A stretch of 64,000 nt of DNA, from NCBI GenBank assembly GCA_964292275.1, contig CAXYUZ010000011.1:13575-77574 (forward strand). The letters run 5' to 3'. Below the pieces are notes generated by a model that worked only from the letters and a program-made list of their open reading frames with translations, did not search any database and had not been told where the DNA came from. The first letter of the stretch is position 1. The number at the start of each line of letters is the position of its first letter. The translations under genes and the position numbers were made by a program. The stretch is from an uncultured Desulfuromonadaceae bacterium (GTDB taxonomy: Bacteria; Desulfobacterota; Desulfuromonadia; Geobacterales; Pseudopelobacteraceae). Shown piece by piece: positions 50,101-59,472 of the stretch.

Positions 50101-51114
50101 GGTGACAGTAAAGGTAAGCTTGCGGCCAACCGGATCGGTGATGGAACTCAGATAGCTGCCGTTATAGGTAATGACGGTTTTGTTACCGTTGCTGTCGGTA
50201 ACAGCGGTCAGCAGGCCGGAGTTGTTAAATGACTGCACCAGGCCGTTTTTAAAGGTGCGGGTGTATGTGGAATCACTGTTCTTTACAATGACTGAATCAT
50301 CGGAACTGTTGGCAGGTGGCAGATAACTGCTGCCGGAAAGGGTAAAAACAAGGTTGTCACCATCACCGAGACGAAGTGTAATGGCGCTGGATGATTCCTT
50401 GAGGCTGATGTTGTAACCATGTGTCCAGCCACGCCCAAGCGGCAGATCGGTTGTATCGAGGCTGTTGTAGGATATGTCAAAGGATAAACTCTCAGGTTTG
50501 GCGATGACGGTCTGGGAGTGGTAGTAGTTGCCGCTTTTCAGGTTGGCGGCTGAGTTGGTTGTTGCGGTGTTGGCCGGGCAGGTTTTGCATTGACCGAGGT
50601 CGCGGGGGGGAATAACCGGTGGCGGCGGTGGTGGATAGTTGCAGGTAATCAGGTCGTTACTGGCTGCGCCGCCAGCCCCGAAGAACACCTTTTTGATGAC
50701 ATCGGTATAAACCTGCTTATTGGCAAGGGTGCCTATATTAACTCCTTCAATGGTGCCGGTGTAAGATTTATGCACCAATATGAAGTGTGTGCCCTTGCTG
50801 TTACGGAATACCTTGTTGACATTGTATGAGTTGTTCAAGCCGTATTGCTGCAGTGAGGCTGGGGTTGTTGTGCTGTCGCCATATGAGGCTTCATAGTGTA
50901 CTTTACCGTTCACACAGGTGATTAACGTATCAATGTAATGATGGGTTGTGCTGTCATTGTCACCGGCAGCCGGACAGGTGTCTGCGGTATATTCAATGCC
51001 GATGTTATTAATGCCGTTTTGTACACTGCAAACGCCTTCCGCATTTACAACGGTCGGGGCAATTAATAACGCGGCCACGCTCAAGGCTGAACAGATTTTT
51101 TTAAACGAGAACAT
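47146..51114 (-). CDS. rhs: Rhs/YD-repeat polymorphic toxin, full length, with Sec signal peptide and variable C-terminal toxin domain
   Basis: 1322 aa. Signal peptide MFSFKKICSALSVAALLIAPTVVNA, dozens of YD/Rhs repeats (xYxYDxxGN), the Rhs core, a NPVNWVDPDGL boundary, then about 170 aa of unique CT. Confidence 0.9.
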   Translation of the reverse strand: MFSFKKICSALSVAALLIAPTVVNAEGVCSVQNGINNIGIEYTADTCPAAGDNDSTTHHYIDTLITCVNGKVHYEASYGDSTTTPASLQQYGLNNSYNVNKVFRNSKGTHFILVHKSYTGTIEGVNIGTLANKQVYTDVIKKVFFGAGGAASNDLITCNYPPPPPPVIPPRDLGQCKTCPANTATTNSAANLKSGNYYHSQTVIAKPESLSFDISYNSLDTTDLPLGRGWTHGYNISLKESSSAITLRLGDGDNLVFTLSGSSYLPPANSSDDSVIVKNSDSTYTRTFKNGLVQSFNNSGLLTAVTDSNGNKTVITYNGSYLSSITDPVGRKLTFTVTNGYITAIADPAGRTTSFTYTSNLLNKVTDPAGNSWNYVYDSNSRMSQKTNPEGFQSTNVYDAAGKNSAATDPEGRTKYITYTDSTTSTITEKDGGIWIRKYDPTLNAPTAITDPLGNTTSYTYDSKGNLLTRTEPGSKTTSYTYDADNNTTSITDPLGRVTSFTYNSRGQVLTATDPKGNVTSNSYDTKGNLLQTTDPASAVVSYSYDSKGNPLTITDPAGKVVTIAYDTYNNISSITDQNNNTTTYSYDINGNLLTATNPAGKAATVEYDTMNRPVKITDSLGNISQLAYDKIGNRSSITDANGRSTNYTYNYNRQPLTVKNPLNHTTALAYSGSGCASCGGGGNDKLVSLTDPLANSTSYEYDKAGRLTRQTDPKGNTTTYSYTADGIISAVTDANSKTITYTRDAADRITSKTWPDNSSISYSYDNNDNILTATNSNIGYSFTYDSRNRMLTATDSRGYNIAYTYDINGNRTTATINKTGTPAKTTTYSYDDANRLTSITSPAGSFSYSYDNNNRRTGLNYPNNSKATYSHDDADRLTAITHTKTDNSIITKAEYTLDKTGNRTAKTGSTNETYSYDAIYRLTQAATPKGYETYNYDANGNRTQGPGPHDTRYQHEAANQLVKGKQYSYTHDNNGNPITKTTNNTDKNWTYTWDPENRLIKAELTNKTDKRTITFKYDPFGRRTEKQTTITTNGNTKTTTTNYIYDNDNIAVETTATTENGTTTNTTTNYTHGINTDEHLAMERNGQYYYYHTDGLGSTTAITDNNGNTVQSYSYTTFGIPRQTTDFKNSYTFTGREWDRETALHYYRARYYDPVEGRFISRDPISFAGGDVNLYGYVQGNPVNWVDPDGLIAIPWISVPLIPITGKPNFIKPGPGPDPVEWLKNNYNSDNLVVQAWRYWTGKPMLNPEIPIPIQMAKGGIQNKANEYSREASQQPDPCNWLIKQYNNASSTAERMKIKTAQKVLGCRKNSTQNDKCKEKK
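47577..49137. repeat. 1.58-kb direct repeat (main rhs copy)
   Basis: See 44640-46222. Confidence 0.85.
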
Positions 51115-51235
51115 TTTTAATTCCTTTGTATCGATTTTTCAAATTCACATGGTTCGACAGGCTCACCATGAACGGAATATAAGATGGTTATCATTATGAT
51201 TTTCGAAATCCGTTCACCCTGAGCTTGTCGAAAGG

Positions 51236-52399
51236 TTACTGCACCACCACCCCGCCAACCACCAGACTCCCTTTTGATACCGTTAGAGATCCGCTGATTG
51301 CTGTTGTGCCGGTTTGTGTTGTGTAGCTGCTGTTGTAGCCGCCTTGCAGTTGTATGTTTATATCGCGGTTGAGGTTTATGGTTTCTGCCATCGGCACATC
51401 CCATGCCTTGATGGTTGCATCGTTGTTTGCGGCGTTGTAGGCATTCTGGATGGTGGAGTGGTAATTTGCGCTGCCGTTGGTCAGGTAGACCTGATGGGCG
51501 GTGTCGGGTTGGAAGGTGGCGGTTACGGTGCTGTCTGCGCTGAATGTGAATTGGCAGTCGCCAGTGCCGCTGCATGGGCCGCTCCAGCCACTGAAGGTGG
51601 AGTATGACGGGGTTTGCTGGAGTGTTATCGTATCACCGATGTTGAATGTGGCAGAGCAGTTGCTGCTGCAGGCGATGCCGGTTGGTGTGCTGACGACAAC
51701 GCCCCTGCCGGTGCCGCTGAAGGTAAGGTTGAGTGTGGCGGTGGTCAGTGGCAGGTATTTGAACTGAAATGAACGCCCGCCCAGATTATATGCGGCTCCG
51801 TAGAGTGTTGTCGTGCTGAGATAATGGCTGTGATCATCTTTGGAGATACCGGAACCGGCATCACTGTTTGCGGTTGGAAATGACCTGTAGTCGAAGCGGA
51901 TGGTTCCGTCCGGGTAGAGTATGGCGGCAAAGTTGTTCTGCGTTGCAGATCCTTCCTGATTGTAGTCATCACCCTGCCATTCGATGACTACCCGTTCCGG
52001 TGATGACTTGTGCTGAATAAAAACACCGCCATTCAGATATGACGATTGATCACTGTTAAGAACGGATATGACCGGACCTTTACCGGCATAGGGGAGTGAA
52101 AAGCCATAAGCGGAACCAGGATTACCGAACCAGATATTACCGTTGGTATCCACTGTGATCTGATTGTAACTCTGGCGGTAAAAGGTAAATCCGGAGAATG
52201 AGGCGGGAAGGTTGTAGCTAATGGTTTCATCATCACCGCTGACCGTATCGTAATCAACACTGGAAGCCTGTGGTACAAGCGCAGCGGTGCCGTCCCAAAC
52301 AAATGGCGTCACCTCTGAAATCTGGTAGACGCCATCATCTGCCGCAAAGAGCATGCACGGGGCAAGCGTCAACGCAGCAAGCAAAAGCCGGGTTTTCAT
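51236..52399 (-). CDS. Secreted protein with InlB-B-repeat-like C-terminal domain, upstream of rhs
   Basis: Signal peptide. The C-terminal segment TGIACSSNCSATFNIGDTITLQQTPSYSTFSGWSGPCSGTGDCQFTFSADSTVTATF resembles the bacterial InlB B-repeat pattern. Confidence 0.5.
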   Translation of the reverse strand: MKTRLLLAALTLAPCMLFAADDGVYQISEVTPFVWDGTAALVPQASSVDYDTVSGDDETISYNLPASFSGFTFYRQSYNQITVDTNGNIWFGNPGSAYGFSLPYAGKGPVISVLNSDQSSYLNGGVFIQHKSSPERVVIEWQGDDYNQEGSATQNNFAAILYPDGTIRFDYRSFPTANSDAGSGISKDDHSHYLSTTTLYGAAYNLGGRSFQFKYLPLTTATLNLTFSGTGRGVVVSTPTGIACSSNCSATFNIGDTITLQQTPSYSTFSGWSGPCSGTGDCQFTFSADSTVTATFQPDTAHQVYLTNGSANYHSTIQNAYNAANNDATIKAWDVPMAETINLNRDINIQLQGGYNSSYTTQTGTTAISGSLTVSKGSLVVGGVVVQ

Positions 52400-52517
52400 C
52401 TGATCTCCATGAAATGAGAATAAACATCACAAATACAATTAATTAATAAACTTTTTATGGATTACAGATTACAGAAAGTCAAGATTATTTTAAATATACT
52501 TTCCTAATAGAAGGCAA

Positions 52518-52560
52518 GAAAAAACCCGCACAATCCAGATTAACGGAGGCGGGTTCTTTC
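52518..52560 (-). terminator. Rho-independent terminator after hpnH
   Basis: On the minus strand: aacccgcc-loop-gcgggtt followed by TTTTTTCTT. Confidence 0.7.
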
Positions 52561-52637
52561 TTCTTTATTGACAAGTAAGCGATTGTTTTTATTACATTCA
52601 GCCTAAAACAGAGAAATACAAACAAACCTGTAAAAAA

Positions 52638-53636
52638 CTATGTAAGATTCCAAATAAACATTTCCCAAACGTCTTTCCAGCTCTTGCCGATCTCGTTGAC
52701 GACCGACGGTTCAAAACCGCAGTGCATCATGCATTGGGCGCAGCGGGGGTCTTTGCCGACGCCGTATTTTTCCCACTGGGTTTTTTCCATCATCTCCTTG
52801 TAGGTCGGATAATGGGCATCGGTGATCAGGTAGCAGGGCGCCTTCCATCCCTGGGTATTGCGGGTCGGGTTACCCCAGGGGGTACACTCCAGTTTCTTTT
52901 CCCCTTTGAGGAAGCGCAGATACATCGGTGTTGAGAAAAAGCGATGTTTCTTGCTCATCTCATAAACATCGGCAAACTTGCGTTCGATGTCACGTCTCTC
53001 CAAAAACAGCTTTTCACCAACCGCCTCGTAGCCGAAACCAGGGGCAACCAGCAGGCCATCCACACCGAGTTCCTCCAGATGGGTAAAGAGCATCTCAATC
53101 TCGACCAGGTCGGTTTCATTGAAGATGGTGGTGTTGGTGCAGACGCGAAATCCAAGCTGCTTGGCCTTTTTAATGGCAGCCATGGCGGTCTTGAAGGCCC
53201 CCTTGCGCTCCACGATCCGGTCATGGGTCTCTTCCAGGCCATCCATGTGAATGTTGAGGGTAAAGTTCTGGTGAGGGGTCATACTGTCCAGCGCCTTTTC
53301 CAGCAACAGTGCGTTAGTACAGAGGTAGATATGCTTGCCACGGTCGAGGGTGCCCTTGATCAGTTCAAAGATGTGAGGATAAAGGAACGGTTCGCCGCCG
53401 GTGATGGTGACAACCGGTGCCGGGCAATCATCCACCGACTTGAGACAGTCCTCCAAGGTCATCATCTCCTTGATGGTGTCAGCGTATTCGCGGATGCGTC
53501 CACAGCCGGAACAGGCCAGGTTGCAGAGGTGTGTCGGCTCAAGCATCAATACCAGTGGAAACTTCTCCACCTTGTTCATCTTGTTGCTCATAATGTATTT
53601 CGTCAGATCGTAATTGAGGCGCATTGGAAAACGCAT
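52638..53636 (-). CDS. hpnH: Radical SAM protein, adenosylhopane synthase HpnH-like
   Basis: CxxxCxxC motif (CNLACSGC). Co-located with shc and hpnA. The start is uncertain; internal Mets at MSNKMNK are possible. Confidence 0.7.
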   Translation of the reverse strand: MRFPMRLNYDLTKYIMSNKMNKVEKFPLVLMLEPTHLCNLACSGCGRIREYADTIKEMMTLEDCLKSVDDCPAPVVTITGGEPFLYPHIFELIKGTLDRGKHIYLCTNALLLEKALDSMTPHQNFTLNIHMDGLEETHDRIVERKGAFKTAMAAIKKAKQLGFRVCTNTTIFNETDLVEIEMLFTHLEELGVDGLLVAPGFGYEAVGEKLFLERRDIERKFADVYEMSKKHRFFSTPMYLRFLKGEKKLECTPWGNPTRNTQGWKAPCYLITDAHYPTYKEMMEKTQWEKYGVGKDPRCAQCMMHCGFEPSVVNEIGKSWKDVWEMFIWNLT

Positions 53637-53716
53637 GTAAGTTTAATCCTTTCATTTACCCTGTCTGGCCACCGGTTTCCCGGTGTGCCGAAAATTACAG
53701 CTATCTTTGACCAGCA

Positions 53717-55600
53717 CTATTTTTTTAAAAATTCTTTGACAGACGCCGCGATTCCTGCCGCGTCAATGCCGACATCCTTACGCAGCTGCGCCTGGCTACC
53801 CTGTTCGACGTAGCAGTCGCCGATGCCCAGACGTTTGACACGGACATCCTGCATAGCGTTATCGGAGAGCAGTTCCAGTACCGCGCTGCCAAAGCCGCCC
53901 TGAAGAATATTCTCTTCAACCGTGACAATCACGCCGCAGCGCCTTGCCTGAGCCAGAATCAGATCCGCATCAAGCGGTTTGACAAAACGGGCATTGATTA
54001 CAGCGGCTGAAATTCCGGCCTGACGCAGTATCTCGGCCGCTTGCATGGCCGGATAAACGGTGGAGCCGATGGCAACGATAGCAAGATCGTCACCGCTGGA
54101 GAGCAGTTCTCCCTTACCGATCTCAAGCGCCTTGATTTCCTGGTCGAGCTCGACACCATAGCCAGCGCCGCGCGGATAGCGCATGGTAATCGGACCGCCG
54201 GAATAAACGGCTGTCTTGAGCATATGCCGCAGCTCGTTCTCATCCTTGGGGGCCATAACGGTCAGACCGGGCAAATGACGCAGATATGAATAATCCAGCA
54301 CACCATGGTGGGTCGGGCCGTCATCACCAACCAGTCCGGCGCGGTCCATACAGATTGAGACCGGCAGTTTTTGCAGACAGATGTCATGAAAGACCTGATC
54401 ATAGGCCCGCTGGACAAAGGTTGAATAAATCGCCGTTACAGGACGGAATCCATCGGCAGCCATACCGGCCGCAAAGGCCATGCCATGCTGTTCAGCAATG
54501 CCGACATCAAAGAAACGCTCCGGGAAACGCTCCGAAAACTTTTTCAAGCCGGTTCCGTCGGGCATGGCAGCGGTAATGGCGACGATCTTGGGATCCTGGG
54601 CCGCCAGTTCAACCAGTGTATCACCGAAGACCTCTGTATAACTCTTGGCCGCCCCCTTGGCCGCACCCTTGCCGGTAGCAAGATCGAAGACGCCGACACC
54701 ATGAAACTTGTCCGGGTTATCCTCGGCCGGCTGATACCCCTTCCCCTTCTTGGTCATGACATGCACCAGCAGCGGCCCTTCCAGCTGGGTTACACTGTTG
54801 AACACCTCGATCAGCTGCGGCAGATCATGCCCATCTAATGGCCCGATATAGTCAAAGCCGAGCGCCTCGAAAAGCGATCCGGGAGTCAGAAAGCCCTTCA
54901 ACGAATTCTCCGCCCGTTTTGCAAAGTGAAGGATATCCGTGCCGATGGCCGGGATATGCCCCAGCAGAGACTGCATCTCCTTTTTGAGGTCGCGGAAATA
55001 GCGGCCGGTCATCTTGCGTGAGATAAATGTGGAAAAGGCACCGACGTTTTTAGAGATCGACATCTCGTTATCATTGAGTACAACCAGCAGATTCTTCTTG
55101 AGATGGCCAGCCTGGTTGAGCGCCTCAAAGGCCATGCCGCCGGTGAGCGAACCATCACCGATGACAGCGATCGAACGATTTTTGTTGCCGAGAAGATCAT
55201 CACCTGCGGCCAGTCCCAGCGCCGCCGAGATAGAGGTGGATGAATGACCGACGCCAAAGGCGTCATGCTCGGACTCGCAGCGCTTCGGAAAACCGGAGAT
55301 CCCCTTGTACTGGCGCTGGGTGTGAAAAAGATCGCGCCGGCCGGTAACAATCTTGTGCGTATAGGCCTGATGACCGACATCCCAGACAATCTTGTCCGCT
55401 GGCGAATTGAAACAGTAATGCAGGGCAAGGGTCAGTTCCACCACCCCAAGATTTGAGCCGAGATGGCCACCCGTGGTGGATACCGTCTCAAGCAGAAACT
55501 GGCGGATCTCGCCAGCCAGTTCGGGAAGCTGTTCAGGCTTGAGTCTCTTCAGATCAGTGGGAGAATCAATTTTAGAAAGTAAATTTGGCATAGCTGTCAT
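53717..55600 (-). CDS. dxs: 1-deoxy-D-xylulose-5-phosphate synthase
   Basis: 627 aa. TPP-binding GDG...N motif ([16 protein letters not shown]) and a transketolase-like domain. Confidence 0.9.
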   Translation of the reverse strand: MTAMPNLLSKIDSPTDLKRLKPEQLPELAGEIRQFLLETVSTTGGHLGSNLGVVELTLALHYCFNSPADKIVWDVGHQAYTHKIVTGRRDLFHTQRQYKGISGFPKRCESEHDAFGVGHSSTSISAALGLAAGDDLLGNKNRSIAVIGDGSLTGGMAFEALNQAGHLKKNLLVVLNDNEMSISKNVGAFSTFISRKMTGRYFRDLKKEMQSLLGHIPAIGTDILHFAKRAENSLKGFLTPGSLFEALGFDYIGPLDGHDLPQLIEVFNSVTQLEGPLLVHVMTKKGKGYQPAEDNPDKFHGVGVFDLATGKGAAKGAAKSYTEVFGDTLVELAAQDPKIVAITAAMPDGTGLKKFSERFPERFFDVGIAEQHGMAFAAGMAADGFRPVTAIYSTFVQRAYDQVFHDICLQKLPVSICMDRAGLVGDDGPTHHGVLDYSYLRHLPGLTVMAPKDENELRHMLKTAVYSGGPITMRYPRGAGYGVELDQEIKALEIGKGELLSSGDDLAIVAIGSTVYPAMQAAEILRQAGISAAVINARFVKPLDADLILAQARRCGVIVTVEENILQGGFGSAVLELLSDNAMQDVRVKRLGIGDCYVEQGSQAQLRKDVGIDAAGIAASVKEFLKK

Positions 55601-55654
55601 CCCATCAGAATCGTTAAGCGTTTATCCTGCATTAGCCTCGCTGACAGGACCGTT

Positions 55655-56641
55655 TCAGACAAATCCATTCTGTCTGAACCACTCTACGGCACGCTGCAAG
55701 GCATCCTTAACCGGAGTTTGCGGCAGTCCCAACTGGCTTACCGCTTTTGATGAATCAAAAAACATGAATTTGGCCGCCATTTGCACGCCTGCCAACGGGA
55801 TCAGCGGTTCTCTGCCGGTCAGACTGGAAAGTGCCTCATTAACATAGGCCGCCATGAGTATCGGTGTGTAGGGGAGCCTGAAACCGGGCGCCTTCAGGCC
55901 GGTAATCTCCTCCAGAATACCGAAGATGGAACAGAGGGTCAGGTTCGTGTTGCCAAGGATATACTTCTCGCCGACATTTCCCTTCTGCTCCGCCAGAAGG
56001 TGACCACGGGCGCAATCCTCGACGGAAATGATATTAAGCCCGGTATCCAGATAGGCCGGCATCTTGCGCCGCAGAAAATCAACAATGATCTTGCCGGTCG
56101 GCGTCGGTTTGATATCCATCGGCCCGACCGGGGTCGACGGATTGACAATTACCAGCGGCAATCCCATGGCAACGAAGCGGTCTGCTTCGCGCTCCGCCAG
56201 GAATTTACTCTTCTTGTAGTCGCCAACCATATCCGCCAGCGTTACCGGGGTATCCTCATTACCAGGCCTGCCATCGCCGGGATTGCCCAGTGTGCCGACG
56301 CTGCTGGTATAGACCACCCGCTCAAGGCCGTTCTTCAGTGCTGCATCCAAAATGGCCGCTGTCCCGTCAACATTTATGCGGTACATATCCTCAGGGTTGC
56401 GGGTCCAGAGACGGTAATCAGCGGCAGCATGAAAGAGTGAATTGCACCCCTTCAACCCCTGCAGCAAACCATCCCGGTTCCGCAGATCCCCCTCCCACAG
56501 TTCCACATCAAGCCCGGCCAGGTTTGAACGGTCGGAGCCGGCACGCACCAACGCCCTTACCTCACGTCCATCCTTGAGCAACTCCCTGACAATGCTTGCG
56601 CCTATGAACCCGGTTGCACCGGTAACAAATGTCTTCATCAA
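55655..56641 (-). CDS. hpnA: NAD-dependent epimerase/dehydratase, hopanoid-associated sugar epimerase HpnA-like
   Basis: Rossmann motif VTGATGFIG. Positioned between shc and dxs. Confidence 0.7.
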   Translation of the reverse strand: MMKTFVTGATGFIGASIVRELLKDGREVRALVRAGSDRSNLAGLDVELWEGDLRNRDGLLQGLKGCNSLFHAAADYRLWTRNPEDMYRINVDGTAAILDAALKNGLERVVYTSSVGTLGNPGDGRPGNEDTPVTLADMVGDYKKSKFLAEREADRFVAMGLPLVIVNPSTPVGPMDIKPTPTGKIIVDFLRRKMPAYLDTGLNIISVEDCARGHLLAEQKGNVGEKYILGNTNLTLCSIFGILEEITGLKAPGFRLPYTPILMAAYVNEALSSLTGREPLIPLAGVQMAAKFMFFDSSKAVSQLGLPQTPVKDALQRAVEWFRQNGFV

Positions 56642-56755
56642 ATCCTGCCGTTCGAATTCCGGTCCAGATTCATCAGACCATTAAAAAAGGGGAAAGCCCC
56701 GCTGCGGCAAACTCGGGGCTTCCCATCACCATTATCGCCTGCCGAACCAGACAGA

Positions 56756-58792
56756 CTATTTCGCAGCCGTCAACCGCCGGTATTTGCCCAACGCGGTCAA
56801 TGGGAAGCAGTTACGGTAGATATGATACTTGATCATGAAATATTTCGGGAAGCCGGTACCGGTAAAGGCCTCCTCATCCCAGGTGCCATCCTCATTCTGA
56901 GTGCTGAGCAGATACTCGACACCCCTGGCAGCAGACCTGGAATCAACCTCACCGGCGGCAAAGAGTGACAGCAGCGCCCAACCGGTCTGGGAGGCGGTAC
57001 TGGGACCATTTCCCATCAGGGAGCGATCGTTGTATGATTCACACACCTCGCCCCAGCCACCATCCAGATTCTGCCTGGACTTGAGCCAGCTGACCGCCTT
57101 GCGGACATAGGGCTGATTCATATCCTCGCCAATTGCCTCCAGACCGCAAAGCACCGACCAGGTACCATAGATGTAGTTGACGCCCCAGCGCCCGAACCAT
57201 GGCCCTTCCGGCTCCTGTTCCCGCTTGAGAAACTCGATTGCCCTGGCAGCGGCCGGAAATGTAATCGGATAGTCGAAATTGCCCATCAGCTCAAGCATCC
57301 GACCAGTCAGATCGGCAGTCGGCGGATCAATCAACGCCTCCAGGTCGGCAAAGGGGATCTTGTTGAGCATATGCTTGGTGTTATCCTTGTCAAAGGCACC
57401 CCAGCCGCCATTTTCGCTCTGCATCCCCAGACACCAGGCAATACCGCGCTTGATGGCCTGTTCCTTGTGCTTCTTGTCGCGAACCTTGACATCCTTGATG
57501 GCCATGATGACAAAACCGGAGTCATCAACATCGGGATACCAGTCGTTCAGAAATTCGAAGGCCCACCCCCCCGGCTCCAGCTCAGGTGATTTGACCTGCC
57601 AATCCCCCTTGCGCCGCACCTCAAGATCTAGCAGCCACTGGGATGCCTTGACCAGCGACGGGTGATCCTTCGGCACCCCGGCCTCCTGCATGGCCACCAG
57701 TGCCAGTGCCGTATCCCAGACCGGAGAGACGCAGGACTGCAAGACGATCGAATCATCATCCTCGATACAGAAATTGGCCAGCGCCTCCAGTCCCTTGACA
57801 ATGGCAGGATGGTCATTGGCATAACCAAGGCAGTGCAGTGCCAGAATCGCATTCAGCATGGCCGGCTGGATGCCGCCCCAGTCACCGGTAGGTTCCTGAT
57901 GCTCCAGAATCCACTGTTCCGCTACGGCAATCCCCTTTTTCTTGAAGGGCCTGATCGGGCTGGACTCATAAACCTTGAGCAGGTGATCAACACCGATGAA
58001 GAAGTTTTTCCAGGTAAACCAGCCATCTTCCTTGGATATGGTGTAATCGGTGGGGCGCGGCGGACGGACAAACAGCTCCTGCACCCTGGCGGATGGCGGC
58101 AGCTTACGAACCGGACGCTCGGCCATGACCAGCGCCAGCGGAATAATGGTAGCGCGGGCCCAGCTGGAAAATTCGTACATATTCAGATAGGCCCAGTCCG
58201 GCAATAGCATCAGCTCGATCGGCATGGAGGGGACGCCAAACCAGGCAAACTCGCCAAACAGGGCCAGAAATGTCTTGGTAAACACGCGGGCCTTGATGAT
58301 GCCGCCGTTAGCCAAAACAAACTCCCGCGCCTTGCACATGGCAGGGTGGTCAGCCGGATAGCCGGCCAGCTTCAGGGCAAAATAGGCCTCAATGGTTGTG
58401 GAGAGATCACCCGGGCCATTGAACCAGACCGCCCAGCTACCATCACTGGTCTGCTTGCTGAGGATATAGTTGGCCAGCTTGCGTTCACGCACCCTGTCAA
58501 CCATGCCGAGAAAATGAAACAGCATGATGTATTCAGCGGTGATGGTAACATTCGACTCCAGCTCGGCCCACCAGTAACCATCGGGCAGCTGTTCGCGAAA
58601 AAAGAAGTCGCGTGTCCTTTCAATTGCCTTGTCAAGGGGACTTTTTGCGGAACCGACCATCTTCTTCCAGATCGATGGCGGCAGATGATGTACCTTTGAA
58701 CTGTTCTTTTTGGATGAATCTACTGCTACAACAACCGGTTCTGTATTTAAAGATGTCAGTGAGGTTGAAATCTGATACTTGCCTGGATTCAT
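56756..58792 (-). CDS. shc: Squalene-hopene cyclase
   Basis: 678 aa. QW repeats and the DxDD-type motif (DVDDSG). Its N-terminus aligns to characterised SHCs. RBS AGGAGC sits upstream of ATG 58792. Confidence 0.9.
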   Translation of the reverse strand: MNPGKYQISTSLTSLNTEPVVVAVDSSKKNSSKVHHLPPSIWKKMVGSAKSPLDKAIERTRDFFFREQLPDGYWWAELESNVTITAEYIMLFHFLGMVDRVRERKLANYILSKQTSDGSWAVWFNGPGDLSTTIEAYFALKLAGYPADHPAMCKAREFVLANGGIIKARVFTKTFLALFGEFAWFGVPSMPIELMLLPDWAYLNMYEFSSWARATIIPLALVMAERPVRKLPPSARVQELFVRPPRPTDYTISKEDGWFTWKNFFIGVDHLLKVYESSPIRPFKKKGIAVAEQWILEHQEPTGDWGGIQPAMLNAILALHCLGYANDHPAIVKGLEALANFCIEDDDSIVLQSCVSPVWDTALALVAMQEAGVPKDHPSLVKASQWLLDLEVRRKGDWQVKSPELEPGGWAFEFLNDWYPDVDDSGFVIMAIKDVKVRDKKHKEQAIKRGIAWCLGMQSENGGWGAFDKDNTKHMLNKIPFADLEALIDPPTADLTGRMLELMGNFDYPITFPAAARAIEFLKREQEPEGPWFGRWGVNYIYGTWSVLCGLEAIGEDMNQPYVRKAVSWLKSRQNLDGGWGEVCESYNDRSLMGNGPSTASQTGWALLSLFAAGEVDSRSAARGVEYLLSTQNEDGTWDEEAFTGTGFPKYFMIKYHIYRNCFPLTALGKYRRLTAAK

Positions 58793-59007
58793 TCACAAAG
58801 CTCCTGAAATCAGCAAATGTTTATACGTTTGCGAAATGTGCTTTTGTAACATATACGGCAATCAATGTATATAATTTTTCTGTTTCAGCTGGCACGGATA
58901 CCGCCTGCAGGCCGCCTTGGGAGCGCCCGTCAGGCAACAACTGAAAATTTGCCAGCACACAATTGCTGTGATATAGATGTAACCTTATTTTTGCATCATT
59001 CAACATA

Positions 59008-59091
59008 TTGTTCCGGCAGTTAAACATTAAAACACTACCTGTAGGGTCGTATTCATTCGCTCAGCTTGGGCAAACATCGGTTCGTCCCTAC
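59008..59091 (+). ncRNA. Conserved ~85-nt structured element (copy 2), 5' of yhbY operon
   Basis: catattgttccggcagttaaacattaaa...GTAGGGTCG tattcattcgctcagcttgggcaaacatcggtt CGTCCCTAC. The inner hairpin shows a C to U change, keeping a GU pair. Confidence 0.4.
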
Positions 59092-59168
59092 CGGTTCATA
59101 TTTAAACCACTGAAGCAATAAAAAACGCCAAAACAACTGACACACCCGAGTCACGAGGAGATTAATAC

Positions 59169-59471
59169 ATGCTGACAGGCAAACAGAAACGCCACCTCAG
59201 AGCCCTTGGGCACAAACTGAAACCATTGATCCAGATCGGCAAGAAAGAGATTGAGGAGTCATTGATCAACGAGGCCAATGCGGCCCTGGATCACCACGAA
59301 CTGATCAAGGTCAAGCTTCTGGAGAGTTGCATGCTGGATAAAAACGAATCATCGGCAATCCTGGCCAAGGCCTGCCATGCAGAGGTGGCCCAGATCCTGG
59401 GTCGAACATTCCTGCTCTACCGCCAAGCAGAAACGCCAATTATCGTACTCCCCACCACCAAGGAAAAATAG
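59169..59471 (+). CDS. yhbY: YhbY/CRS1 (CRM domain) RNA-binding ribosome assembly protein
   Basis: 100 aa. KQKRHLRALGHKLKPLIQIGKKEI...VKL matches YhbY. Confidence 0.8.
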   Translation: MLTGKQKRHLRALGHKLKPLIQIGKKEIEESLINEANAALDHHELIKVKLLESCMLDKNESSAILAKACHAEVAQILGRTFLLYRQAETPIIVLPTTKEK

Positions 59472-59472
59472 A

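Noticed and set aside
43400-52400. CRISPR-like or tandem-repeat array signal from the repetitive rhs region
   Set aside because: Repeats are long protein-coding YD repeats and a 1.58-kb duplication, not short direct repeats with unique spacers.
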